DNA from: an uncultured Ruficoccus sp.
GTDB lineage: Bacteria; Verrucomicrobiota; Verrucomicrobiia; Opitutales; Cerasicoccaceae
DNA: 64,000 bases
Direction: 5' to 3'
Assembly: GCA_965140785.1 (NCBI GenBank)
Contig: OZ223521.1
Coordinates: 32,001-96,000, forward strand
Shown here: positions 1-9,375 of the stretch, piece by piece
Layout of the letters: each line of letters starts with the position of its first letter
Position numbering within the stretch: position 1 is the stretch's first letter
The notes under the pieces: generated by a model
Told to the model about the DNA's origin: nothing
Seen by the model: the letters and a program-made list of their open reading frames with translations, nothing else
The model's database searches: none
Translations under genes and position numbers: made by a program

Positions 1-685
1 CCTTGTGTGCGCGATGTCCGATGATGCCGACGACGATGATGGCTACTATCAGGCCGCCGTAGGTGAGCGCGTCCTGAAGTGAGAAGATATGGTGGGGCGC
101 ATAGCTGGTTTGCGTGGCATGGGCAGCGGCGTAGCCGACATACTGGGAGACAAATGCCACCGGCAGCAGGCCGAGGTTGGCTACACTGAAGCGCCAGAAA
201 CTCATCGGGCTGGCTCCCATCAGATAGCTTACCGGGGAGGCCGGTACCGGTGCCAGCCGGATCAGCATCAGCAGCTTGATCCCCTCCTGGTCGATGGCCC
301 GGTTGAGCTTGCGCAGCTTGGGTTTGCGGGCGATCCAGCCCTGCACCCGGTGACGGAGCAGGAGCCGCGAGACCCAGAAGATCAGGCTCTGGCTGATGGC
401 CAGCCCGATCATCACATAGAGAAAGCCCCGCCCGAGGGGAAACATGACCCCGGCCGCAATCAGCATCAGGTCCAAGGGCACACACAGCAGGGTCAGCACA
501 CAGAGCAGCCCGATGTAGTAAACCGGTGCGAGAATGCCCTGCTCGACGATCCACTTCTCGGCCGCGGGCATCCGCGGAGCTAGTTCACTGCCGGCCACCA
601 GGATGGCGACTGCGAGGCCGATAGCCAGCAGCACACGAAACACTGTAACGCGGGTTGGCTTGGGTGGATGGATGCTCTCACTCAT
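1..685 (-). CDS. TVP38/TMEM64 (VTT/DedA-like) membrane protein, runs off the window edge
   Basis: Not in the ORF track. Manual translation from ATG at 685: MSESIHPPKPTRVTVFRVLLAIGL...AAGVMFPLGRG...LIRLAPVPASPVSYLMGASPMSFWRF. Hydrophobic, with the family's RLxP motif. Confidence 0.8.
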   Translation of the reverse strand, partial: MSESIHPPKPTRVTVFRVLLAIGLAVAILVAGSELAPRMPAAEKWIVEQGILAPVYYIGLLCVLTLLCVPLDLMLIAAGVMFPLGRGFLYVMIGLAISQSLIFWVSRLLLRHRVQGWIARKPKLRKLNRAIDQEGIKLLMLIRLAPVPASPVSYLMGASPMSFWRFSVANLGLLPVAFVSQYVGYAAAHATQTSYAPHHIFSLQDALTYGGLIVAIIVVGIIGHRAHK

Positions 686-887
686 CGGCAAGTTTCTATC
701 TGCTATAGGGTTGCGTGTTCCATGCCAAATCTTTTCCCGGAAAAAACAAAACCGTAAGCGCTTCGTTAAAACGCCTCAGCTTGGCTTTGGGCTGGCCTTT
801 GTGACGAAAAAATGGCAGGCTCTAATGCTTATGCCGGAGTCTTTCCGGCAGGAAAGAGCATTGAGAGAGACATCAACAATTGGGGCA

Positions 888-1082
888 ATGGGACTAATCT
901 TTGAGGTGGTGGCCGAGGAGGCAGGCGGTTATAAGGCCGTGTGCCTGACCGAGTTTATCCGCGCTGGCGGGGCCGATTTGCGCGAGTTGCACACGAATAT
1001 CAACGACGCGGTCGATGTCTGCTTCGCCGACCGGGTGCGTCCCGAGGCCTCCCAAATCCATCTCATGTTCACCCGCGACTAG
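888..1082 (+). CDS. Small HicB-like protein (64 aa)
   Basis: MGLIFEVVAEEAGGYKAVCLTEFIRAGGADLRELHTNINDAVDVCF matches the HicB-like RNase H-fold pattern. It is the C-terminal part of ORF 534..1082. Confidence 0.6.
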   Translation: MGLIFEVVAEEAGGYKAVCLTEFIRAGGADLRELHTNINDAVDVCFADRVRPEASQIHLMFTRD

Positions 1083-1128
1083 GCGGTTGGCCGTTAAGCC
1101 TGGCATATGCCCGCCCGCGCTTCGCAGT

Positions 1129-1221
1129 ACCCCGAAGGGGTTACGCAGGCTAGCCTCGGGTTGCCCCGCTACCCGGGGACAAGGGCGCGAATCGATACGC
1201 CCTTCAACCCTGAAAGGGTTG
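1129..1221. repeat. REP-like palindromic element
   Basis: Intergenic hairpins ACCCCGAAGGGGT (1129-1141) and CAACCCTGAAAGGGTTG (1205-1221), with a GC-rich stem between them. Confidence 0.5.
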
Positions 1222-1345
1222 TGCATACCTTCTTCTTCCGATTACTTCCTTGTGCTTCCTTCTGTGCTTAAGGGTTGCCAGCGCAGGGGAGATTAGGCAA
1301 CGATAGCGGCGACGTTCACATCCTGTCCTAGAATTCCTCTCTCAC

Positions 1346-2761
1346 ATGAAAAAATACGATCTGATCATCATTGGGTCCGGCCCGGCCGGGGAAAAAGCCG
1401 CGGTCAAGGCCGCCTACTACGGCAAGCAGGTGGCGGTGGTTGAAAAACACTCCGACTTCGGAGGTGCCGGTACCAACACCGGCACGCTGCCCTCCAAAAC
1501 GCTCAAGGAAACCGCCTTGTACTACTCCGGGCTCAACGACCGGGGCCTTTTCGGCGTCGACAAGGAGCTGGAACGCGCCGCCAATGTCCGTGACTTTTTC
1601 TTCCGCAAGAACCAGGTGGTCGAGCAGCAGGAGGATAGTATCACCGCGAATTTTAAGCTCCACAATATCGACACCTACACCGGCACCGCTACGATCAAGG
1701 ACCCCCACACGGTGACCATCACCGGGAAGGACGAGGGCGAGCTCCAGGGTGACTTCATCCTCGTGGCGACCGGCTCGTATCCCTTCCAGCCCCCGGGCAT
1801 TCCCTTCGACGGGAAGTTCGTGCACGACTCCGACACGATCCTGACCATCAACCGCATCCCCCGCAGCATCGTCATCGTGGGCGCCGGGGTCATCGGCTGC
1901 GAGTACGCCACCATCTTCGCCGTCATGGGGGCGCAGGTGAAGCTCGTCAACAGCCACGAGGAGATCCTGACCTTCCTCGACCGCGAAATCTGCCGCGAGC
2001 TGATGGCGGACATGGAGCGGATTGGCGTGCAGTTTGTCTTTGGCAGCCGCGTGGACGACGTGGAAATCCTCCCCGAGGAGCACATGCATAACGTCCACGC
2101 CAAGCTCACCAACGGCGAGCCTGTCGAGGCCGATATGTTCCTCTACGCCGCCGGACGCAGCGGCGCCTCTCATAAGCTGGGCCTGGAAGAGCTTGGGGTC
2201 GAGATCGACAAGCGCGGCAACATTGTCGTGGGCGAGGACTACAAGACCGCCGTGCCCAGCATTTACGCCGCCGGTGACGTCATCGGCTTCCCCGCCTTGG
2301 CCTCGACCAGTATGGACCAGGGCCGAGTTGCCGTCACCCACATGTTCAACTTCCACGTCCAGGAGAAGATGAGCGCCCAGTTCCCCTACGGCATTTACAC
2401 CATCCCCGAAGTCAGCGTCTATGGCATGACCGAGGACGAGGCCGAGGAAAAGAAGATCGACTACTGCATCGGGCGCGCCCGTTACCGCGACATGCCCCGC
2501 GGCAAGATCATGGGCGCCAAAGAGGGCCTGCTCAAGCTCGTGGTCGAGCGTGAGAGTCGCAAGGTGATCGGCGTGCACATCTTTGGCAAAATCGCCACCG
2601 AGCTGATCCACTACGGCATGGATCTCGTGCAGAACGAAGACACCCTTTCCAGGGTCATCAGCCGGGTCTACAACACCCCGACCCTGCACGAGCTCTACAA
2701 GTACGCCGCCTACAACGCCCTCATCGAAGGCCATTACATGGAACACCCCGTCGGCCACTGA
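1346..2761 (+). CDS. sthA: Soluble pyridine nucleotide transhydrogenase
   Basis: GSGPAG FAD motif. GGAGTNTGTLPSKTL lacks the redox CxxxxC. Also GAGVIGCEYA, AGDVIGFPALASTSMDQGR and GIYTIPE. Confidence 0.9.
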   Translation: MKKYDLIIIGSGPAGEKAAVKAAYYGKQVAVVEKHSDFGGAGTNTGTLPSKTLKETALYYSGLNDRGLFGVDKELERAANVRDFFFRKNQVVEQQEDSITANFKLHNIDTYTGTATIKDPHTVTITGKDEGELQGDFILVATGSYPFQPPGIPFDGKFVHDSDTILTINRIPRSIVIVGAGVIGCEYATIFAVMGAQVKLVNSHEEILTFLDREICRELMADMERIGVQFVFGSRVDDVEILPEEHMHNVHAKLTNGEPVEADMFLYAAGRSGASHKLGLEELGVEIDKRGNIVVGEDYKTAVPSIYAAGDVIGFPALASTSMDQGRVAVTHMFNFHVQEKMSAQFPYGIYTIPEVSVYGMTEDEAEEKKIDYCIGRARYRDMPRGKIMGAKEGLLKLVVERESRKVIGVHIFGKIATELIHYGMDLVQNEDTLSRVISRVYNTPTLHELYKYAAYNALIEGHYMEHPVGH

Positions 2762-2878
2762 GCTGGTAGACGGCAGCAGGTTTTTTTCCGAGAGTATGCT
2801 TTCGCTTGCCGCGGCAAGGCAGGAAGCAGATACGCTCAATAACATTCCGGCCTCACACTTCCATCCTACTTAAAAGGA

Positions 2879-2955
2879 TGGTGGTCGTTACTGGACTCGA
2901 ACCAGTGACTTCTACAATGTGAATGTAGCGCTCTAACCAACTGAGCTAAACGACC
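2879..2955 (-). tRNA. tRNA-Val(CAC)
   Basis: Reverse complement GGTCGTTTAGCTCAGTTGGTTAGAGCG-CTACA TT CAC AT TGTAG-...GGTTCGAGTCC...ACCA folds as a cloverleaf with encoded CCA. Confidence 0.95.
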
Positions 2956-3030
2956 GGAAAAACGGGCATCTTGGCGATTCGTGCGCGGAATTCAAGCCAT
3001 GAATGCGCAAAATCTGTTTTGTTGACCGGA

Positions 3031-3666
3031 TCAGGACGATGGTACGGCGGGGAGCGGGTTGCTCGGGGTTTCCTTGAGTTTTTTCTCGTTTTTCGCCGTG
3101 TCCGAGTTGTCACTGGGGCGGACGATCCGGCGGCGGGGAATGCGGGGAGCGTTCGTGCGGGTATTGCTGCTCCCGGAGGACGAAATACTTACCGATGGGC
3201 GCGCACCGCCGGGTGAGCGGCTTACCGAGGCGGTTGCGCTGCCGCTGATCTGGACGGGGATGTCGTCCGGTGTGGCCAGCCCGATCTCCTCGGTGCGCCC
3301 GCCCGAGCGAATCAGGATGCTCGGCTTCTTCTCGTCGTAGCGGACGATTTCGAAGTCGCCGACCGACTCGTTCAGGGCGAGCCAGTGCCCCACATTGTTC
3401 TTTTTGTCAAAAATACTGAACCGCGTCACCCCGTTCATTTCGATCAGCCCCTTGAATTCCAGCTGGCGGCTGATGATGGCCGGAGCGGTGGTGACGACCG
3501 GGGTGGGGACTTCCTTCTCCTCGCCCCAGCCGGGGGGCAGGAAGGGCGAATGCTCAACCAGTGTGCCGTTGGCGGCCAGGCACGACAAACACACGCACAG
3601 CCCCATCCCCGCCAGAATGACCCGGCGGGCGGTACGCGGACCGCTAGGGGAGAGGGGGAGCATCAT
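3031..3666 (-). CDS. Hypothetical exported protein with Ser/Arg/Pro-rich C-terminus
   Basis: Signal-peptide-like N-terminus; fills the gap between ssb and the tRNA. Confidence 0.65.
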   Translation of the reverse strand: MMLPLSPSGPRTARRVILAGMGLCVCLSCLAANGTLVEHSPFLPPGWGEEKEVPTPVVTTAPAIISRQLEFKGLIEMNGVTRFSIFDKKNNVGHWLALNESVGDFEIVRYDEKKPSILIRSGGRTEEIGLATPDDIPVQISGSATASVSRSPGGARPSVSISSSGSSNTRTNAPRIPRRRIVRPSDNSDTAKNEKKLKETPSNPLPAVPSS

Positions 3667-3765
3667 TTGTCGGATACGTTTTATTTAACGCCTGTTCCAC
3701 CAAAAAGTCGCTCTTTTTCGCATAAATTTCCGTCCATCAGGAAGAAAAAATGGACCTGCGGGCAT

Positions 3766-3800
3766 AAAAAAACGGACCCGGCCGTGCCGGATCCGTTTTT
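3766..3800 (-). terminator. Intrinsic terminator downstream of ssb
   Basis: AAAAAAACGGACCCGGC-CGT-GCCGGATCCGTTTTT hairpin with A/T tails. Confidence 0.75.
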
Positions 3801-3829
3801 GAAAGGTTGGTTGCTGGCCCAAGCCCGGA

Positions 3830-4291
3830 TCAGAAGGGGACGTCTTCGTCCACATCCGGCTCGCTCGGGGCGGCCTGGCGACCGGTCGTGCGCGGGGGAG
3901 GAGAACTCTGCTCGTAGCCGCCACCACCGCCGCCGCCGTAATTGTCGCCGCCTTCGTCGCGACCGCCGACGAACTGGAAGTTCTCCAGCACGACGCCGAG
4001 CTTACTGCGCTTTTCGCCGGAGGTCTTGTCGTCCCATTGGTCGAGCTTCAGCCGCCCTTCCACAAAGACCGCGCGGCCCTTGCTCAGGTACTTGGCGATG
4101 ACTTCCGCCTGGCGGCCAAACGCGTCGATATCGACAAAGGTCGTCTCTTCGCGCTTTTCCCCGTCCTTGGTCGTGTAGTTACGGTTCACGGCCAGTCCGA
4201 ACTTGCAGATGGACATGCCGTTGGGCGTGACACGCATTTCAGGGTCGCGGGTCAGGTTACCGAGAAGAATAACTTTGTTGTATGAGGCCAT
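3830..4291 (-). CDS. ssb: Single-stranded DNA-binding protein
   Basis: NKVILLGNLTRDPE at the N-terminus, Gly-rich linker, acidic DEDVPF tail. Confidence 0.97.
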   Translation of the reverse strand: MASYNKVILLGNLTRDPEMRVTPNGMSICKFGLAVNRNYTTKDGEKREETTFVDIDAFGRQAEVIAKYLSKGRAVFVEGRLKLDQWDDKTSGEKRSKLGVVLENFQFVGGRDEGGDNYGGGGGGGYEQSSPPPRTTGRQAAPSEPDVDEDVPF

Positions 4292-4360
4292 AGAGAAAGG
4301 CTGAAGACCCGCTCGCTAGGGGTCAACTGTCATTCGGGTGCCGGGAGGTGTTTTCGCGCC

Positions 4361-4666
4361 TCAGTCCTTCGATTGGACCAGGATGCGGTTGACCTGCTTG
4401 TCGAGGCGGAACTTCTCCTGGATCTGGGTCGAAGCTTCGGCCGGGCCGCTCAGGGTGTACTGCACGAAGATGCCCGCCTGGAAGTTGCGGTCAGGGGTGC
4501 GGATGAACTCCTTCTGGCCGAGGTTGTTGACCTTGCCCACTTCGAGACCGATGCTGCTGAAGCCTTCCTTGATCTTTTCGATCAGGGCTTCAACCTCGTC
4601 GGTGTAGTTGCGGGTGTCGAGAATAACGGTGGCCAGGTACTGGCGCTGGGTTGCTGTGTCGCTCAT
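4361..4666 (-). CDS. rpsF: 30S ribosomal protein S6
   Basis: 101 aa with an S6-like pattern; lies between pth and ssb. Confidence 0.85.
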   Translation of the reverse strand: MSDTATQRQYLATVILDTRNYTDEVEALIEKIKEGFSSIGLEVGKVNNLGQKEFIRTPDRNFQAGIFVQYTLSGPAEASTQIQEKFRLDKQVNRILVQSKD

Positions 4667-5253
4667 GCTGGTTCGGAATCGGATCGGGTGTTAAGTTGAT
4701 TCATGGCTGCCTCGACGCCCCGTTGCAGGAGCACGTGCAGGCCATTCAGATAGTCGGGCATCCGGGCGGTGAGAACGGCTTTTTCCGTCTCGGTGAATTT
4801 GCCCAGGACCCAGTCTTTTAAATCCATCGCCGGGTGGCTCTTGCCGCCGATACCGATGCGGTACCGCACGAAGCCCGCTCCGGCATCCCGCAGCAGGCTG
4901 GCGATGCCGTTGTGGCCCCCGGCGCTGCCGTTGACACTGAGCTTGAGCCGCCCCAGGTCGAGATTGATCTCGTCGTAAACGACGGCCGCCGCGGTGGCTG
5001 ACTGGCGGTGAAACCGCAGCCAGGCCCCCAGGGCGCGTCCGCTCTCGTTGACGTAGGTCAGCGGCTTCATCAGCACCACCGGCTGCCCGGACAGAGTGAC
5101 CTTGGCGGTCTCGGCCTGGAACTTCTTTTCGGTTTTCCAGGCCGCTCCCTGCTCGGTAGCCAGTGCATCGACCACGGCAAAACCCACATTGTGGCGGGTG
5201 CCGCAGTACTCCGTCCCGGGATTTCCCAGGCCGGCGATGACGGCGATGGACAT
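4663..5253 (-). CDS. pth: Peptidyl-tRNA hydrolase
   Basis: GLGNPG, TRHNVGF, KPLTYVNESG and GGHNG motifs. Confidence 0.97.
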   Translation of the reverse strand: MSIAVIAGLGNPGTEYCGTRHNVGFAVVDALATEQGAAWKTEKKFQAETAKVTLSGQPVVLMKPLTYVNESGRALGAWLRFHRQSATAAAVVYDEINLDLGRLKLSVNGSAGGHNGIASLLRDAGAGFVRYRIGIGGKSHPAMDLKDWVLGKFTETEKAVLTARMPDYLNGLHVLLQRGVEAAMNQLNTRSDSEPA

Positions 5254-5282
5254 GATTGTAAAAGAACGGAAAGGGAAAAGGC

Positions 5283-5927
5283 TTAAGCCTCGTCCCCGGA
5301 TTTGGACTCGTCGGAGGCCTCGGCTTCACCTTCAGCCTCTGCGGCTACCTCGGTCTTTTCAGCTTCTTCCTTCATCTGGGCATTACACATGACCACGACA
5401 GTTTCGGGATCACCTTCGTAGGTGACGCCCTCCAACTTGGGCAGGCTGGCCACGTGGATGGCATCTCCGACCTCGAGCCCGGAGACATCCAGGTCGATCT
5501 GCTCAGGCAGGTTCTTCGGCAGGCAGGAGACCTCGAGTTCGTGCAGGACGACTTCTAGCGAACCGCCGCCGGTCTTGACGCCCTTGGCTTCGCCATGGGT
5601 GTGCACCGGGATCTGCGCAGTGATTTCATGGTCGGCGCTCACTTCGAGGAAGTCGATGTGCTCGAAACGGTCAGTGCGCGGATTGCGCTGCGTGTCCTGA
5701 ATGAGGGTGGCGGTCTTGCCGCCCTTGTCGTCTGCGAGGGTTACGATCGTGGCTGCACCGCCGGTTTCGCGCATGAGCAGCATAAAGTCCTTCTCGGTCA
5801 CGGCCAGCTTCTGGGAGCCGCTTTTTCCGTAGATGACTGCAGGGATGCTGCCCTGTGCGCGCAGGCGGCGGGCAAAGCCCCGACCTTGGCCCTCGCGTGT
5901 GGATACGGATAGGGTGTGTTCTGACAT
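5283..5927 (-). CDS. rplY: 50S ribosomal protein L25/Ctc
   Basis: Start reassigned to MSEHTLSV. ARRLR..G.IPAVIYG, HIDF and GVKTGG motifs. Confidence 0.95.
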   Translation of the reverse strand: MSEHTLSVSTREGQGRGFARRLRAQGSIPAVIYGKSGSQKLAVTEKDFMLLMRETGGAATIVTLADDKGGKTATLIQDTQRNPRTDRFEHIDFLEVSADHEITAQIPVHTHGEAKGVKTGGGSLEVVLHELEVSCLPKNLPEQIDLDVSGLEVGDAIHVASLPKLEGVTYEGDPETVVVMCNAQMKEEAEKTEVAAEAEGEAEASDESKSGDEA

Positions 5928-6181
5928 GTTGGTTTCTTTTCGGTTGACCGGCCCATGCCGGGTTGTGTGGAAAAGCGTGAAAAAGTAAGGCCTGAGCGCC
6001 GGAATGCAAGGCAAAGTTTTCCCTGGCTACGACTGCCTTTTTAACCTCTCAACCCACTCTCCGTCTGCCAGGACACCTCGCTCGCCTCCCCCGGCCCCTG
6101 ATAAATTAGAAAAACGTGCAAATTCATGCTTGCCAATAGGTGGCTGCTGCCCTTTCTTTTCCGGCTTTCCGCTAACAGAGT

Positions 6182-6256
<75 letters not shown>

Positions 6257-6261
6257 TTTGA

Positions 6262-6336
6262 TAATCAACGGCTTGCGTAATGAAAATTGCTCGTTGATTA
6301 AGGCTCCAAAAAAGCCACTGTGCCAATCCTGTGCCA
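6262..6336 (+). promoter_or_regulatory. Putative att arm: IHF-like site plus tandem integrase arm-type repeats
   Basis: AATCAACGGCTTG (6263-6275) fits WATCAANNNNTTR. CTGTGCCA is directly repeated at 6318-6325 and 6329-6336. Confidence 0.6.
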
Positions 6337-6511
6337 TTTTTAAAGCCCACTAAACGGGCCTCTTGTGGCCAAATGTGGAGGTCATTTCTTTTCGGGCTGC
6401 TGAGAAGGCTGCCAAATCGCTGGATTCGTGTGTGGTTGAAGTGAAAAATGATATTGGCTTGGCCGTGCATCTGTGGCACAAGACTAACGACGTCATCCAT
6501 TACCCCCCGCC

Positions 6512-7678
6512 ATGAGTAAATCGTTCCTCAAAACCCTTGGCGTGTTGGTGCTGCTCTATGCCATCACCTTCACCGCTCTCCACTTCTATAAACGATCCAT
6601 TCCGTCAGCGAATGAAACCACGGAGATGCCGTCCTTGGGGCCAGTGATGGCTGATTTGAGAGCGCATTATCAATCGGCCAAAAGCATCTCCAAGGAGTAC
6701 AAGTGGCACATCAAGCGGCTTTGGGATGGTGGGGGAAATATCCTCGTTGGGCGGATTGAGCCACCGGAAGGCGCTAAGATTGCCCGCATCTTAACCCTGC
6801 AAAACGATGGCAGCTTTGCCACGGCGATCTATCCGGGCAGGACGCTTGAACTCTATATTCATGGCTATGAGCCCTTGGTGATCACCCCAAATGAACCCGT
6901 ATGGGGTCCGATTTGTGATGTTGGGACTCACACCTTCGAAAAGGCTCCCCCCGAAGATTTAAGGACGTTGACCGGGAGTGTTCAGGCTGAGCCGATGAAG
7001 GGAAAAACGCCCGAGGTTAAGCTTGAGTTGATCGTCCAGAACGAGGCCTATCTTGGAAGAGATGGGGGCACGTGGCAGCGATGCTTGCGGCCTGTCGTAG
7101 AAACAAAGGATATTTCTCCGGGCCAGAGCTTCAGCTTTGAAGGGCTGTCACCCATCCCCTATGAACTAAAAATCTCCGCCAAAGGCTTTGTTACGCAGAC
7201 CTTGACGATTCAGCCAGATTTGCGGGGCGTGATCGACTTGGGGGCCATCCAGCTTCAGCGGGCGCAGGTTCTGCGTTTCGATTACATCTCGATGATCGAT
7301 CTGGATGCGCCGGATACATGGCCAAGCCCCGAAGATCAGCGAGTGGTTTGTAACAACGAGAACAAATTCCTCATCGCAACTGTGGCAGATCGCTATGATT
7401 CGAAAAGACAGTTTCGTCTGCCAGTAAGAGATGGTCATACTTATGCACGGCATCCCCGCTTGCCGTCGGAGTATTACCGGCTGGGGCCGGGAAAATTGGA
7501 GGACTACACCAAGAATACGAACTGGATCGAGCGCACGCGTTGGAGTGATCGCAGGCCCAGCGATGTTGCATCCGACGAGATTTTGCTGGAGAGCGGGTAT
7601 GTCTATTTCTTCAGGAACAGGCGCAGCGATTGCAATTGCCTGTTTGCCGTCACGGACATTACCGACGAGTTAGACTAG
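6512..7678 (+). CDS. Hypothetical membrane-anchored protein, possible carboxypeptidase-regulatory-like beta domain
   Basis: N-terminal TM segment; FSFEGLSPIPYELKISAKGF resembles a prealbumin-like fold motif. Confidence 0.6.
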   Translation: MSKSFLKTLGVLVLLYAITFTALHFYKRSIPSANETTEMPSLGPVMADLRAHYQSAKSISKEYKWHIKRLWDGGGNILVGRIEPPEGAKIARILTLQNDGSFATAIYPGRTLELYIHGYEPLVITPNEPVWGPICDVGTHTFEKAPPEDLRTLTGSVQAEPMKGKTPEVKLELIVQNEAYLGRDGGTWQRCLRPVVETKDISPGQSFSFEGLSPIPYELKISAKGFVTQTLTIQPDLRGVIDLGAIQLQRAQVLRFDYISMIDLDAPDTWPSPEDQRVVCNNENKFLIATVADRYDSKRQFRLPVRDGHTYARHPRLPSEYYRLGPGKLEDYTKNTNWIERTRWSDRRPSDVASDEILLESGYVYFFRNRRSDCNCLFAVTDITDELD

Positions 7679-7753
7679 CTATTATCGGGGTACTCTATGC
7701 CCGTCCGTGATTTTTTCATGGTCATGGCTCAGGGGCTGATTTAAAGACTGCCC

Positions 7754-9127
7754 ATGCATCACGACGTATACGATTTGTGGCTGGCCTCTTCACGTCAGAA
7801 GAACTGGGTGCTGGAGGACTTGATTCAGATGGGGGACCAGGTTGTCCTGGCCGGGCCACCCAAGTCGTTCAAATCTATATGGGCGTTGCAGCTTTCCCTG
7901 GCATTGGCCATGGGGGAACCTGATTTCTTGGAATGGCGTATCCCTCAAAAGCGTAAGGTGCTCTATTTTTCGATGGAGATGGGCGAATCGCTGGTGGGGG
8001 AGCGCCTCGCCATGCAGATTGGAAGTTCACCCTTGGAGCCACCGTTTGTTCTGGACGAGGAGCACGAGAAGATCATTCGCGACTTGCCTTTGTGGCACAT
8101 TTTCGAGGTCAACGAGCACACGGCTGTTGATGTGTGTGACAAGGAGGACTTTATAGCTTTGCGAAGCCTTATCGAAGATATTGACCCGGAAGTCGTCATT
8201 TTTGACAGCTTCGTGCGTTTCCACCGGCAAGACGAGAACAGCAATACGTCGATGAGTTGGGCCATGCGTCAGATACGCGAACTCTGTCTGATCCGTGACC
8301 CTTTAACGGTCCGCGCCGAAGCGTGTCATGCAGAAGTGGAAGTCGAGTTACAGGCGGAGGGAAAGGACATATCTGACCTTGAGGACGGTGAATACGCTGA
8401 GCGAATGAATGAAAAAATGGGTTTTGTAGGCATGCCCGCTCCTGTGAATGAGCCAGAGATGTGCCCGGTGGCAGATAGTTCTGAAGCCTCATCCGAAGAA
8501 TCTAAACCGGTCAAACGCCGCTACCGTACCGGAATCATTATCCACCACAACCGTAAGGAGCCTGGCTTCGGTAAGACCAACTTTTCGGTTTCGGCCATGC
8601 GTGGGGCTAGTTCCATCCACAGTGAGGTCGATTTGGCAATAGCTGCCTTTGTTCTGCGCGATGACAAGATTTCGCTCAACTACAGCGCCCGCAAGGTCTC
8701 CACACCGAAGTATGAGGAGGCTCGCTTCAATCCAACCCAATTGCGTTTGCGGGTAGTGACCGAAGAGGAACGCGAAGCTTCGCGGAAGAAAAAAGAGCAA
8801 AAGCGGATTGAGACAAAAGTCTCAGTGGCCGAGGCTCGTGTGCCCCGGCTGTGTGAGGCCTTGAAGCGGTTACAGGAGGATACGTGGACTTGGGACGATG
8901 TTTGGGCTGAGGCCCAGAAGTTGGGTGACAAGACCGGGGGCCGTAATAACGTCTATAAAAAGTACGAAAAGTACCTGCGGCAGATGGGAGTCTTAGAGGA
9001 GGTTTTTGGGGACGAAAAGGGCAGGTTCCGGTTAATACTTAAGGACGCAATTTTGGACAGTACTGATGAAAAGTTGGATGTTTCGGTCATGGCTGAGCGG
9101 CTAAAAGAGATTGTAAAAAACAAGTAA
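7754..9127 (+). CDS. AAA_25 / RepA-like ATPase (helicase-related)
   Basis: Walker A LAGPPKSFKS, VLYFSME, Walker B VVIFDS, DENS, IIIHHNRK, MRGASSI. Confidence 0.8.
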   Translation: MHHDVYDLWLASSRQKNWVLEDLIQMGDQVVLAGPPKSFKSIWALQLSLALAMGEPDFLEWRIPQKRKVLYFSMEMGESLVGERLAMQIGSSPLEPPFVLDEEHEKIIRDLPLWHIFEVNEHTAVDVCDKEDFIALRSLIEDIDPEVVIFDSFVRFHRQDENSNTSMSWAMRQIRELCLIRDPLTVRAEACHAEVEVELQAEGKDISDLEDGEYAERMNEKMGFVGMPAPVNEPEMCPVADSSEASSEESKPVKRRYRTGIIIHHNRKEPGFGKTNFSVSAMRGASSIHSEVDLAIAAFVLRDDKISLNYSARKVSTPKYEEARFNPTQLRLRVVTEEEREASRKKKEQKRIETKVSVAEARVPRLCEALKRLQEDTWTWDDVWAEAQKLGDKTGGRNNVYKKYEKYLRQMGVLEEVFGDEKGRFRLILKDAILDSTDEKLDVSVMAERLKEIVKNK

Positions 9128-9208
9128 ACCCAGTGCTGGGTCGTCTTCGAATAAAAAAATAAAATTCCGCCTATATAAATAGCTTCGCTTAATATTTTTT
9201 TATATCGG

Positions 9209-9241
9209 AAAGCCCCCCGGTTCCCGGGGGCCTTTGTTTTT
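9209..9241 (+). terminator. Intrinsic terminator
   Basis: AAAGCCCCCCGG-TTC-CCGGGGGCCTTT followed by GTTTTT. Confidence 0.7.
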
Positions 9242-9375
9242 GAAATAAAAAGAAAGGGGAGCATCTGTGATGCCCCCCTTGGAATAGCCTAACCAAACCC
9301 AGTCTTAAGAAATCTCGTCAAAAATCCTTCTGGCCTGCCTGACGCTGACCCCTTCCTTTTCAGAGATTGACCTGC

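Noticed and set aside
1328..2845. Long antisense ORFs (also 12649..14409, 36378..38714, 40776..42230, 18280..19473)
   Set aside because: Shadows of well-supported genes on the opposite strand, as expected in high-GC DNA.
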